This document shows, piece by piece, positions 1-7,541 of a stretch of 32,000 bases of DNA. Location: assembly GCA_028713575.1 (NCBI GenBank), contig JAQTOB010000003.1, forward strand, positions 40,350 to 72,349, read 5' to 3'. A model generated the notes under the pieces. It ran no database searches and had not been told where the DNA came from. It saw only the letters and a list, made by a program, of their open reading frames with translations. A program made the position numbers and the translations under genes. Source of the stretch: Patescibacteria group bacterium. GTDB lineage: Bacteria > Patescibacteriota > Patescibacteriia > UBA2591 > UBA6264. Positions within the stretch are counted from its first letter, which is position 1, and each line of letters opens with the position of its first letter.

Positions 1-42
1 AAGCTAAGGGGCAAATGACTTTAGTTTCAAGTATTTTAATAA

Positions 43-114
43 TGCCTCTGAAGGGAATCGAACCCCTATTTACAGTTCCGAAGACTGTCGTGTTGTCCAT
101 TACACCACAGAGGC
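43..114 (-). tRNA. tRNA-Arg (anticodon TCG)
   Basis: Minus strand folds as a cloverleaf: GCCTCTG/CAGAGGC acceptor, GTGT/ACAC D stem, ACAGT-CTTCGGA-ACTGT anticodon arm, AGGGG-TTCGATT-CCCTT T arm. No encoded CCA. Confidence 0.85.
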
Positions 115-120
115 CCGACA

Positions 121-1167
121 TTATTCTTTTATTATTTCATCTGGGTAATTAGCGTAATTTAAAGCTGTTTTTAAGTCAATTTCGCCGAGATGATAGAGTT
201 TTTTAAGGTCTTGTTCTAATGTGGACATTCCATCCTGGCTACTAGTTTGTAAAACCGACCTAATTTGGGAGATTTTATTTTCTCTAATCAAATTAGCAAT
301 CGCTGGCGTATTAAAAAGAACTTCTCTGGCCGCCACCCTTCCGCTATTAATTTTAGGGAGTAAGTGTTGGGAAATAATACACTTAAGCGCCATAGATATT
401 TGTAATCTTATTTGTTTTTGTTGGTCAGTAGGAAAAATGTCAATAATTCGGTCAATGGTTTGCGGGGCATTTGGAGTATGAAGGGTGGCAAAAATTAGAT
501 GTCCGGTTTCAGCCAGAGTGACGGCCAAAGAAATGGTTTCTAAGTCCCTCATTTCACTAACCAAAATAATATCAGGGTCTTGGCGAACAATATGTTTAAG
601 GGCCGATTGGAAAGAATTCATATCTTTTCCTAATTCTCTTTGGGCGATAATGCTTTTTTGAGAAGAAAAAACATATTCAATAGGGTCTTCTAAGGTAATA
701 ATATGGCAAGACCTTTTTGTGTTAATATAATTAATTAAGGCTGCAAGGGTGGTTGATTTTCCACATCCAGTTGGTCCAGTAACTAGAACAAGCCCGTCTT
801 TAAGGTTAATTAATTTATAAATTGATTCAGGCATTTTGATTTCTTCCATAGAAGGAATGAGCGACGAGATTAAGCGGGCCGATAGGGCTATCTTACCTTT
901 TTCCCAAAAAACGCTTATTCTAAAACGAATACCGCTTTTAATTTGATAAGAAAATTCTAAAGTTTTTTCTTTAAAAAGAATTTCTTTTTGATTTTCATTA
1001 ATAATCGGTTCAATTAATTTTAGGATGTCCTCATGCTTTAAAACAGGCCAATTTTTAATTGGCTGAAGCAGTCCGTTGATTCTAAAGAAAACAGACAAAT
1101 CAGAGCTTAAATGGACATCAGAAGCATTTAAAGAAGTTGCGTTGCTAAATATTTCTTCAAGGCCCAT
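121..1167 (-). CDS. pilT: Type IV pilus retraction ATPase PilT (twitching motility protein)
   Basis: 348 aa. Walker A GPTGCGKSTT, then the Asp/His box region (ITLEDPIEY, VSEMRDLETI, ATLHT) typical of PilT/PilU secretion ATPases; size fits PilT. Confidence 0.85.
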   Translation of the reverse strand: MGLEEIFSNATSLNASDVHLSSDLSVFFRINGLLQPIKNWPVLKHEDILKLIEPIINENQKEILFKEKTLEFSYQIKSGIRFRISVFWEKGKIALSARLISSLIPSMEEIKMPESIYKLINLKDGLVLVTGPTGCGKSTTLAALINYINTKRSCHIITLEDPIEYVFSSQKSIIAQRELGKDMNSFQSALKHIVRQDPDIILVSEMRDLETISLAVTLAETGHLIFATLHTPNAPQTIDRIIDIFPTDQQKQIRLQISMALKCIISQHLLPKINSGRVAAREVLFNTPAIANLIRENKISQIRSVLQTSSQDGMSTLEQDLKKLYHLGEIDLKTALNYANYPDEIIKE

Positions 1168-1201
1168 ATTTTAAATATTAAATAAAATTTAACGCTTTTT
1201 G

Positions 1202-1759
1202 TTAAATTCTTTCAACATATCCTCCGGTTTCAGTGTTAATTTTTATTACATCTCCATTTTTTATAAAGATAGGAACATTGATTTTAGCGCCAGTTTCCAA
1301 GGTAACAATTTTGGTTGGCGAGGTGGCAGAGTCGCCTTTAATTCCAGGAGGGGCTTCAATCACTTTCAAGTCAATTTTTTTAGGCAAGTCAATATTAATT
1401 GGCTTCTTATTAAAAATAAGAACTTCAACAACCAGTCCTTCTTTTAAAAATTTTTCTTTTTCTTCCAAAAATGATTTTTTAAAAGAAAATTGTTCGTAAG
1501 TTTGGGTATCCATAAAAAATATTTCGTCTTTTTCTGCATATAAAAAACTGGCCTTTGATTTTTCAACGTCGGCCCCTTCTATTTTATCAGAAGCATTAAA
1601 TGTTTTTTCTAAAATTTGTCCATTGCTTAAATTTCTAAGTTTTGTTCTAACAAAAGCCCGCCTTTGGGCGGTCCGGGCATGTTGGGAAAAAATTACTTGA
1701 TAAGGCTCGTTATTAATAACAATAACCGAACCGATTTTTTTAAGGTCATTAACTTCCAT
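1202..1759 (-). CDS. efp: Translation elongation factor P
   Basis: 185 aa with the EF-P pattern (IVINNEPYQV..., HARTAQRRAFVRTKLRNL, three-domain length). Confidence 0.9.
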   Translation of the reverse strand: MEVNDLKKIGSVIVINNEPYQVIFSQHARTAQRRAFVRTKLRNLSNGQILEKTFNASDKIEGADVEKSKASFLYAEKDEIFFMDTQTYEQFSFKKSFLEEKEKFLKEGLVVEVLIFNKKPINIDLPKKIDLKVIEAPPGIKGDSATSPTKIVTLETGAKINVPIFIKNGDVIKINTETGGYVERI

Positions 1760-1761
1760 GT

Positions 1762-1971
1762 TTATTTTTTAACAAAAGAAATCAAAGACATAAAACGAGC
1801 TCTTTTAACGGCCGTTGCCAGCTTTCTCTGGTGTAAGGAGCAGGTCCCTCTTTTTCGACGGGGGAGTATCTTTTCATAACCAGAAGTAAATCGACGCAAA
1901 AGGTCGGCGTTTTTGTAATCAATTTCTTTAATGTTATTAACACAAAAATAACAGTGTTTTTGATTGTTCAT
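1762..1971 (-). CDS. rpsR: 30S ribosomal protein S18
   Basis: 69 aa. CYFC...IDYKN..LLRRF...ILPRRKRGTC..HQRKLATAVKRARFM is the S18 signature. Sits in an rpsF-ssb-rpsR arrangement. Confidence 0.9.
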   Translation of the reverse strand: MNNQKHCYFCVNNIKEIDYKNADLLRRFTSGYEKILPRRKRGTCSLHQRKLATAVKRARFMSLISFVKK

Positions 1972-2017
1972 AATCAGATGTTTAATTTAAATTATTTACA
2001 ATTAGCGGGATTATTTT

Positions 2018-2440
2018 TTAAAACGGAATTTCTTCAACATTAATTTCGTCTGTTGTAACATCTTCTTCTGATGAGCTTTCTCCAAAAGAAGAAACGTTTT
2101 CTTTAGCTTCCGGTCGAGGCCCTAATTGTAATTTTTCCGCAATAATTTCCGTTCGCGATCGTTTAGCTCCCTGTTGGTCTTGCCAGTTCCTTGTTTGAAG
2201 CCTTCCTTCAACATAAATAAGACCGCCCTTTTTCATAAAATTTTGGACGATTTCTCCTAATCGTCCCCAGGCGATTATATTATGATATTCGGCTTGTTTC
2301 TTTTTTTCGCCAGTTTCTTTGTCTGTCCAAAAACGATTAGTGGCGACACTAAAAGAGGTTACGTTTTGTCCAGAGGGAATGGTTCTCGTCTCCGGGTCCC
2401 GGGTTAAATTCCCCACGACAATTGCTTTATTTACATTCAT
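2018..2440 (-). CDS. ssb: Single-stranded DNA-binding protein
   Basis: 140 aa. N-terminal OB fold (MNVNKAIVVGNLTRDPETR...), acidic C-terminal tail ending EEIPF. Confidence 0.9.
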   Translation of the reverse strand: MNVNKAIVVGNLTRDPETRTIPSGQNVTSFSVATNRFWTDKETGEKKKQAEYHNIIAWGRLGEIVQNFMKKGGLIYVEGRLQTRNWQDQQGAKRSRTEIIAEKLQLGPRPEAKENVSSFGESSSEEDVTTDEINVEEIPF

Positions 2441-2565
2441 AGGTTTATTTTTATAATTATAATAATTTTAGAATCAGGCCAACCCACAAGGAAGGCCTTT
2501 TGGCGGGCCGCTACTCGCCCAAACCTTAGACGGGTTTGTAAAATTAATGATTTATATATTAAGAC

Positions 2566-2988
2566 TTATATCTTAAACAAGTCATCAATTTTTTCTCCCA
2601 GTTTTTCTAGGTCAATTTTTTCTTCCTTATTGGGGACTTCCTTTTTTGACTCATTGGGACTTTCTTCAATTTTATTCTTTATTTTTTTTGGTTCTTCTTT
2701 TCTTTCAATAATTTTAACAATCAGATGTCGCAAAATTTCGGACAACAATTTAAGTTCCTTGTTTAAGTTTTTTAGAAATTCGGTTTTTAAGTTAAAATTA
2801 ACCAAAAGATAAAAACCGCGATAAATTCCTTTTATTGGATACGCTAATTTTTTGTTTCCCAAATTATCTTCTTTAACAACATTTCCCCCAAATTTTTCAA
2901 TAAGATTTTTTACTTTTTTTGAAATTTCGGGCAAATCTTTTTCAGTTAAAGGACCGGGAACGATATACAATAATTCATACATAGACAT
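2566..2988 (-). CDS. rpsF: 30S ribosomal protein S6, with a Lys/Glu-rich C-terminal extension
   Basis: YELLYIV...KKLAYPIKG...GFYLL pattern of S6. The ORF track starts at TTG 2994; ATG at 2988 or 2982 is more likely. Confidence 0.85.
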   Translation of the reverse strand: MSMYELLYIVPGPLTEKDLPEISKKVKNLIEKFGGNVVKEDNLGNKKLAYPIKGIYRGFYLLVNFNLKTEFLKNLNKELKLLSEILRHLIVKIIERKEEPKKIKNKIEESPNESKKEVPNKEEKIDLEKLGEKIDDLFKI

Positions 2989-3022
2989 TGACAATTAGTT
3001 GGTTTTTAAAGACAATTATATT

Positions 3023-4258
3023 ATGACTTATTTTTTCATATTAGGCAATAATCCAACTTTGTCAATAGCGGAAATAATAAAAATAATAAAACCGAAAGAA
3101 AAAGACATTAAGGAGATAACGTCGGAGTTTTTAATATTGGAAGATGAAAAAATGGCCAAAGAGGGAGAATGGCAATCAAAATTAGGAGGGGCCGTAAAGA
3201 TTGGAAAAATAATAGAAAAAATAAAATTAGATGATTTTAAAAAAGGAATTTTAATAAATAAGATTATTGATGTTTTGATGTCTAAAAATCAAAAAAAAAT
3301 TAATTTTGGCTTTAGTTTTTATAATCAGGACACAAAAAACGAAACAATAAATAAAGAAAGAATGGCGTTGAGCATCAAAAGGGAGCTTAAGGGAAAAAAT
3401 ATTTTTTCGCGGTGGGTGGAATCTTCTGAGAAGACATTATCTTCAGTGGTTGTTGAAAAAAATATTTTAAATCAAGGACTTGAAATAGTTTTTTTGTTTA
3501 CTCAAAACGGCGTTTTTTTAGGACAAACATCAAGTTGCCAATTATTTAAAGAATACGGCGATCGCGATTTTAATAGACCAGTCAGGGTGATAAAGAAAGG
3601 AATGATTCCTCCGAAGTTAGCCAGAATTATGATTAATTTGGGGGGTAAAGACGAATTTTCAATAAGAAGAACATGTTTTTTAGATCCATTTTGCGGAACA
3701 GGAACAATTTTACAAGAAGCATTTTTAATGAATTTTGGTCAAATTATAGGAACGGATAAAAACAAAAGAATCATAATTGATGCTCAAAACAATTTGAAAT
3801 GGTTGATACAAAGGACCAAAAGGGAGTCAGGGGCAAAAAAGGTAAAAATTTTTTACAGCGATTCTAGAAAATTGGCGAATAAAATAAAACAAAAATCAGT
3901 CGGTTTAGTCGTAACAGAACCTTATTTGGGGCCAATGAAATTTAATTTGTCAGATAATCAATTTATTGTTAAAGAATTAGCCCGACTGTATTTTTTAACA
4001 TTTAGAGAGTTAAAAACGATTATAAAAGATGACGGTCGAGTAGTAATAGTTTTTCCTGTTTTTAAAATAAAAGGAAGAGAATATTATATTCAGATATTAG
4101 AACAACTAAAAAAAATTGGTTGGCAGACGGAATCCTCTTTGCCGAATTTTTTGTTAAAAAATAAAACAGTAAACATTACTAAGAGAAATTCAATAATATA
4201 CTCTCGGCCGGGTCAGACAATAATGAGGGAAATTTTAGTTTTTAAATTAAACCGCTGA
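3023..4258 (+). CDS. Putative SAM-dependent RNA/DNA methyltransferase (UPF0020/Trm11-like)
   Basis: Motif I LDPFCGTGTILQEA and motif IV-like VVTEPYLGP in the C-terminal half. First ATG at 3023 preferred over the track start at 2999. Ends with TGA. Confidence 0.6.
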   Translation: MTYFFILGNNPTLSIAEIIKIIKPKEKDIKEITSEFLILEDEKMAKEGEWQSKLGGAVKIGKIIEKIKLDDFKKGILINKIIDVLMSKNQKKINFGFSFYNQDTKNETINKERMALSIKRELKGKNIFSRWVESSEKTLSSVVVEKNILNQGLEIVFLFTQNGVFLGQTSSCQLFKEYGDRDFNRPVRVIKKGMIPPKLARIMINLGGKDEFSIRRTCFLDPFCGTGTILQEAFLMNFGQIIGTDKNKRIIIDAQNNLKWLIQRTKRESGAKKVKIFYSDSRKLANKIKQKSVGLVVTEPYLGPMKFNLSDNQFIVKELARLYFLTFRELKTIIKDDGRVVIVFPVFKIKGREYYIQILEQLKKIGWQTESSLPNFLLKNKTVNITKRNSIIYSRPGQTIMREILVFKLNR

Positions 4259-4485
4259 TTTTTTAAAAGAAAATAAATCAATTAAACGTGGACAAATAAT
4301 TTGATATTATTTATAATAAAAAAATAGTGATAAATGTTTTATATCTCTATTTTTTAAAATTTAAAATTTAAACATGCGGATAAGCATTGACGCTTGTCCC
4401 GACACTAAATCTACGGATTAGTGTGGAACTTCGCTGTTTTGGAAAGAACAAGGCCTTATGGCATAAATTTTTAATCTTAACAAAT

Positions 4486-5010
4486 ATGCGGATAGGTATT
4501 GACGCTCGCTTCTTAGGACTTAAGGTTGGAATTGGGCGTTACACGGAAAAATTAATAGAACACTTAGAAAAGAATGATAATCAGAATGATTATTTTATTT
4601 TTGTTAAAAAACAGAATTTCAACCTCTATTGTCCAACCAATAAGAGATTTCATAGAGTTTTGGCTGACGACCAATGGTATTCGTTCAGGGAACAAATATT
4701 TTTTCCCCACCGGCTTTATAAACAAAGACTGGACTTAGTGCATTTTCTTCATTTTAATGTTCCTTTACTGTATTTTGGAAAATTTATTATAACTATTCAC
4801 GATTTAACACAAAGAAATCTAACCAAAGAAGCAAGCAAACGGCCTTGGCTATTTTTTCTATTTAAAAAGGCGGCCTATCGGCTGATCATATGGAGCGCTT
4901 TAAGGAGGGCCGAAAAGATTATCACAGTATCCAATTTTACTAAACAACAAATAATTAAATATTATAACGTGAATCCCGAAAAAATATCAGTTGTTTATGA
5001 GTCCTGTTAA
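4486..5010 (+). CDS. Glycosyltransferase family 4, N-terminal domain fragment
   Basis: MRIGIDARFLG...GIGRYT...HFLHFNVP...ITIHDL...VSNFTKQQI...VVYE is a GT4 N-terminal Rossmann domain. It stops at TAA 5008-5010, where the interdomain linker should continue. The track extension 4387-4485 is not credible. Confidence 0.7.
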   Translation: MRIGIDARFLGLKVGIGRYTEKLIEHLEKNDNQNDYFIFVKKQNFNLYCPTNKRFHRVLADDQWYSFREQIFFPHRLYKQRLDLVHFLHFNVPLLYFGKFIITIHDLTQRNLTKEASKRPWLFFLFKKAAYRLIIWSALRRAEKIITVSNFTKQQIIKYYNVNPEKISVVYESC

Positions 5011-5077
5011 AAATTCCCTTTTAAGAGGTTTTTTATTAGGATTTAAAGAAAGATAATTTATTATAATTTCTAATAGG

Positions 5078-5632
5078 ATGAATCAGCATAAAAAAAACAA
5101 CCCTTACTTACTTTACGTGGGCAACTCCTGTCCCCATAAAAATCTTGAACGTTTACTTAGGGCTTTTAATGTTGTTTCAAAAGAAATTTCCGATTTGAAT
5201 TTGATTTTAGTGGGCAAAATAGATTATTTTTATAAAAGAACACAGAAACAGGCGGAAAAATTAAAATTAAGTAACAAGGTGATATTCGTCGGCGAATTGT
5301 CAGACGAAGAATTAAACAAGGCCTATCAGGACGGTTTGGCCTATGTTTTTCCTTCTTTGTCCGAGGGGTTTGGCCTACCTGGCTTGGAAGCAATGAAACA
5401 AGATTTACCAGTAATCAGTTCAAATAAAGAGCCTTTGCCTGAAATTTACGGTCAGGCGGCGATTTATTTTAATCCTGAAGATATCCAGGACATGGCTAAA
5501 AAAATTTTAGAAGTTGTTACCAATGGCCCTTTAAGAGAGAGGTTGAAGATTTTAGGAAAAAATCAGGTAAAAAAATATTCTTGGAACAAGTGCTCTAAGC
5601 AAATATTAGAAATTTACAAGCAGATTTTATAA
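5078..5632 (+). CDS. Glycosyltransferase family 4, C-terminal (Glycos_transf_1) domain fragment
   Basis: YLLYVG....KNLERLLRAF...LILVGK...FPSLSEGFGLPGLEAM is the GT4 C-terminal catalytic domain. It is in a different reading frame from the N-terminal fragment. Confidence 0.7.
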   Translation: MNQHKKNNPYLLYVGNSCPHKNLERLLRAFNVVSKEISDLNLILVGKIDYFYKRTQKQAEKLKLSNKVIFVGELSDEELNKAYQDGLAYVFPSLSEGFGLPGLEAMKQDLPVISSNKEPLPEIYGQAAIYFNPEDIQDMAKKILEVVTNGPLRERLKILGKNQVKKYSWNKCSKQILEIYKQIL

Positions 5633-5650
5633 TAATCTATTTTACGACAC

Positions 5651-5690
5651 AATAATCCTTTTTAAAGTGTGGATTATTTATTTTTTTAAA
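5651..5690. terminator. Candidate bidirectional terminator between convergent genes
   Basis: AATAATCC ... GGATTATT stem followed by a T-run on the plus strand. An A-run downstream of the stem gives a U-run when read on the minus strand. Confidence 0.4.
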
Positions 5691-5778
5691 AAATAAGAAA
5701 TATATTAAACAAAAATGATTCTTATCTAATATATCTAAGCATCCAAATGCCTTAATGATTAATGATTAATAAGTTCGG

Positions 5779-6267
5779 TTATAATTTTTCAGTCCCGATC
5801 ATTTTTGGCTCAAAATTTTCATGCGTTAATTTTGAAACGGGTTGGATTGATTTAGACAATTTTTCCACATAATGGTATTGCCATTTTTTTTCTTGTTTAA
5901 AAAATTCTTTTTTCCATTTATTAAACTGTTTCTCTTTTAACCCATATAAGCGACCATCAAGGGCCGGAATAATAATTTTTTTGATTACTTCTCTTTTTCG
6001 GACCAATAAAACAATTTGATGTCGTCGGATAGAAGTTTTTGTTTTATCTTGATATTCATATTCATAAATAGATTCTTTTAGGCCTAGACTATTTTTAAGG
6101 GCAAAAAGAAGCTTTTTATCATTATGGCGCATTCTAATTTGGAAAACGGCATTTTTTGAATTTTTATTACCATAAGTCCAGCTAAAATATCCATTTTCAC
6201 AAATTAGGCCGGCAATAAAATCAAAAGAAAGGTTTTTAACATTTGTAATATTGGGAATCTTTGACAT
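5779..6267 (-). CDS. Free-standing single-motif LAGLIDADG homing-endonuclease-like protein
   Basis: 162 aa. FDFIAGLICENGYF matches the LAGLIDADG helix. Downstream pattern (FQIRMRHNDKKLLFALKNSLGL...IIIPALDG..LYGLKEKQFNKW) is typical of the family. Confidence 0.75.
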   Translation of the reverse strand: MSKIPNITNVKNLSFDFIAGLICENGYFSWTYGNKNSKNAVFQIRMRHNDKKLLFALKNSLGLKESIYEYEYQDKTKTSIRRHQIVLLVRKREVIKKIIIPALDGRLYGLKEKQFNKWKKEFFKQEKKWQYHYVEKLSKSIQPVSKLTHENFEPKMIGTEKL

Positions 6268-6406
6268 AAGATATGTTTATTTAGGAATGTTCCTCGCGGA
6301 ACATTTCGTTATACAGTATAACAAAATTAAGAAATAAAGTAAATAGATAAATCAATAATATCCCTTTTTAATAATATATTATTAGCGTCGTAAATTATAA
6401 ATAATT

Positions 6407-6900
6407 AATGCGAATTATCTTTAAAAACCAATTTTACGAATGGTTTTTACATTATATAGGGGCACGAGTTTAATATAATGGTTATAATGTGAGCCTTTAA
6501 TTAAACCTATATTATATAAGCAGGCCAAAGCTCTCATGGGGCCAGTTCCCTAAAAGTAGTCAAAATAGTTCTAAATTTAAAAAATCCTTCTAAAACGCTT
6601 TACTGATAAGACTTTTAGAAGGGTATTTTGGGGGGACAGTCCCCTTTTTGAATAAATGCGAATTATCTTTAAAAACCAATTTTACGAATGGTTTTTACAT
6701 TATATAGGGGCACGAGTTTAATATAATGGTTATAATGTGAGCCTTTAATTAAACCTATATTATATAAGCAGGCCAAAGCTCTCATGGGGCCAGTTCCCTA
6801 AAAGTAGTCAAAATAGTTCTAAATTTAAAAAATCCTTCTAAAACGCTTTACTGATAAGACTTTTAGAAGGGTATTTTGGGGGGACAGTCCCCTTTTTGAA
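6407..6900. repeat. Perfect tandem direct duplication, 2 x 246 bp separated by 2 nt (period 248)
   Basis: 6407-6652 and 6655-6900 are identical by eye at every position. Confidence 0.95.
6630..6649 (+). terminator. Intrinsic-terminator-like hairpin at the end of repeat unit 1 (same element at 6878-6897)
   Basis: GGGGA-CAG-TCCCC stem-loop directly followed by TTTTT. Confidence 0.45.
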
Positions 6901-6948
6901 GAAAGTCTCTTTTTTAAAGAAGCCCCGAGCGAGGCGGCTGATTTAATA

Positions 6949-7223
6949 TGGTGGACTTAGGCAGAATTGAGCTGCCGTCTCCGCAACTCGCTCCGTTAGA
7001 AATTTAGTATGTGAATCACCGCGCCAAATTCTTAAATAGATAATTCCATTTTATTTTGAAAGCACTTACAATAATTAGAAGTATAGATTTAGTGTAGGAG
7101 TGGACTCGACGAGAATCGAACTCGTATTTCCGCAATGCGAATGCGGTGTACTGCCGTTGTACTACGAGCCCTAATTTTCTAACGGGGTGAAAATGCGGCG
7201 CACCACTGCTGTACTATAAGCCC
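6949..7223 (-). other. Interrupted tRNA-Ala-like gene: 5' half 7223->7187, 3' half 6986->6949 with encoded CCA, ~200-nt intervening segment
   Basis: The halves pair 7/7 in the acceptor stem (GGGCTTA/TAAGTCC, G3.U70) and 5/5 in the anticodon stem (CCGCA/TGCGG). T arm is GGCAG-CTCAATT-CTGCC. The intervening segment is bounded by inverted repeats at 6993-7007 and 7171-7185. Confidence 0.6.
7101..7171 (-). tRNA. tRNA-Ala (anticodon CGC)
   Basis: GGGCTCG/CGAGTCC acceptor with G3.U70, CCGCA-TTCGCAT-TGCGG anticodon arm, ACGAG-TTCGATT-CTCGT T arm, discriminator A. No encoded CCA. Confidence 0.85.
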
Positions 7224-7253
7224 ATTTGTCAAAATAAAATAAATTTTTATCAA

Positions 7254-7327
7254 TGCCCCCGGAAGGACTCGAACCCTCAGTCTTTCCCTTAGGACGGGAC
7301 CGCTCTAATCCATTGAGCTACGGGGGC
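7254..7327 (-). tRNA. tRNA-Arg (anticodon CCT)
   Basis: GCCCCCG/CGGGGGC acceptor, GCTC/GAGC D stem, loop GTCCTAA, GAGGG-TTCGAGT-CCTTC T arm. One G.A mismatch at the top of the anticodon stem. Confidence 0.75.
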
Positions 7328-7394
7328 TTAGTTCTTTTTCGTTTTGCATTGGAGCCCTGAGGGGACAAATAGCCAGCCCGGAATAATCAATTTA

Positions 7395-7541
7395 TTATTT
7401 TATAAACAACTCAGCTAAATTTAAAAGGAAGTCGGTTTGAGAATCAAATATAAACAAAACAATCAAGATAGTGAGCATAAGGGCCACAACAAAGAGAATT
7501 TTTTTAAATTCTTTTTTTACATTTTTTTGTTCATTTTCCAT
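7395..7541 (-). CDS. Possible 48-aa single-pass membrane peptide (hypothetical)
   Basis: ATG...TAA ORF, MENEQKNVKKEFKKILFVVALMLTILIVLFIF..., with one hydrophobic helix. Below the ORF-track size cutoff and no homology recognised. Confidence 0.3.
   Translation of the reverse strand: MENEQKNVKKEFKKILFVVALMLTILIVLFIFDSQTDFLLNLAELFIK

Noticed and set aside
221-481. Small ORFs antisense to or nested in pilT, efp, rpsF, GT4, glgA-adjacent, S8, IF-2 and other genes (e.g. 221-481 +, 1199-1499 +, 2630-2812 +, 5166-5393 -, 8519-9052 -, 20822-21154 -, 22690-23146 -)
   Set aside because: All overlap well-supported genes on the opposite strand or in another frame. They show low-complexity, AT-driven composition and no motifs.
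4256-4258. Alternative genetic code (UGA recoding, as in some CPR lineages)
   Set aside because: TGA terminates conserved genes at their expected ends (methyltransferase at 4256-4258, trmD at 29820-29822). No conserved gene needs read-through of TGA.
4387-4485. N-terminal extension of the glycosyltransferase ORF from TTG at 4387
   Set aside because: The canonical GT4 start MRIGIDARFLG begins at ATG 4486. The upstream 33 codons have no similarity to GT4 and overlap the decayed duplicate start.
6407-6900. Tandem repeat as a CRISPR array
   Set aside because: There are only two copies of a 246-bp unit with a 2-nt junction, no short repeat/spacer alternation, and no cas genes in the window.
6949-7223. 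Split tRNA-Ala-like gene as a small tmRNA (G3.U70, encoded CCA, ~275 nt)
   Set aside because: The 5' part has a normal D arm and anticodon-stem strand instead of the tmRNA GGnUUCGAC region. The interior is a bona fide tRNA-Ala cloverleaf. No tag ORF ending in an ...LAA-like sequence was found.
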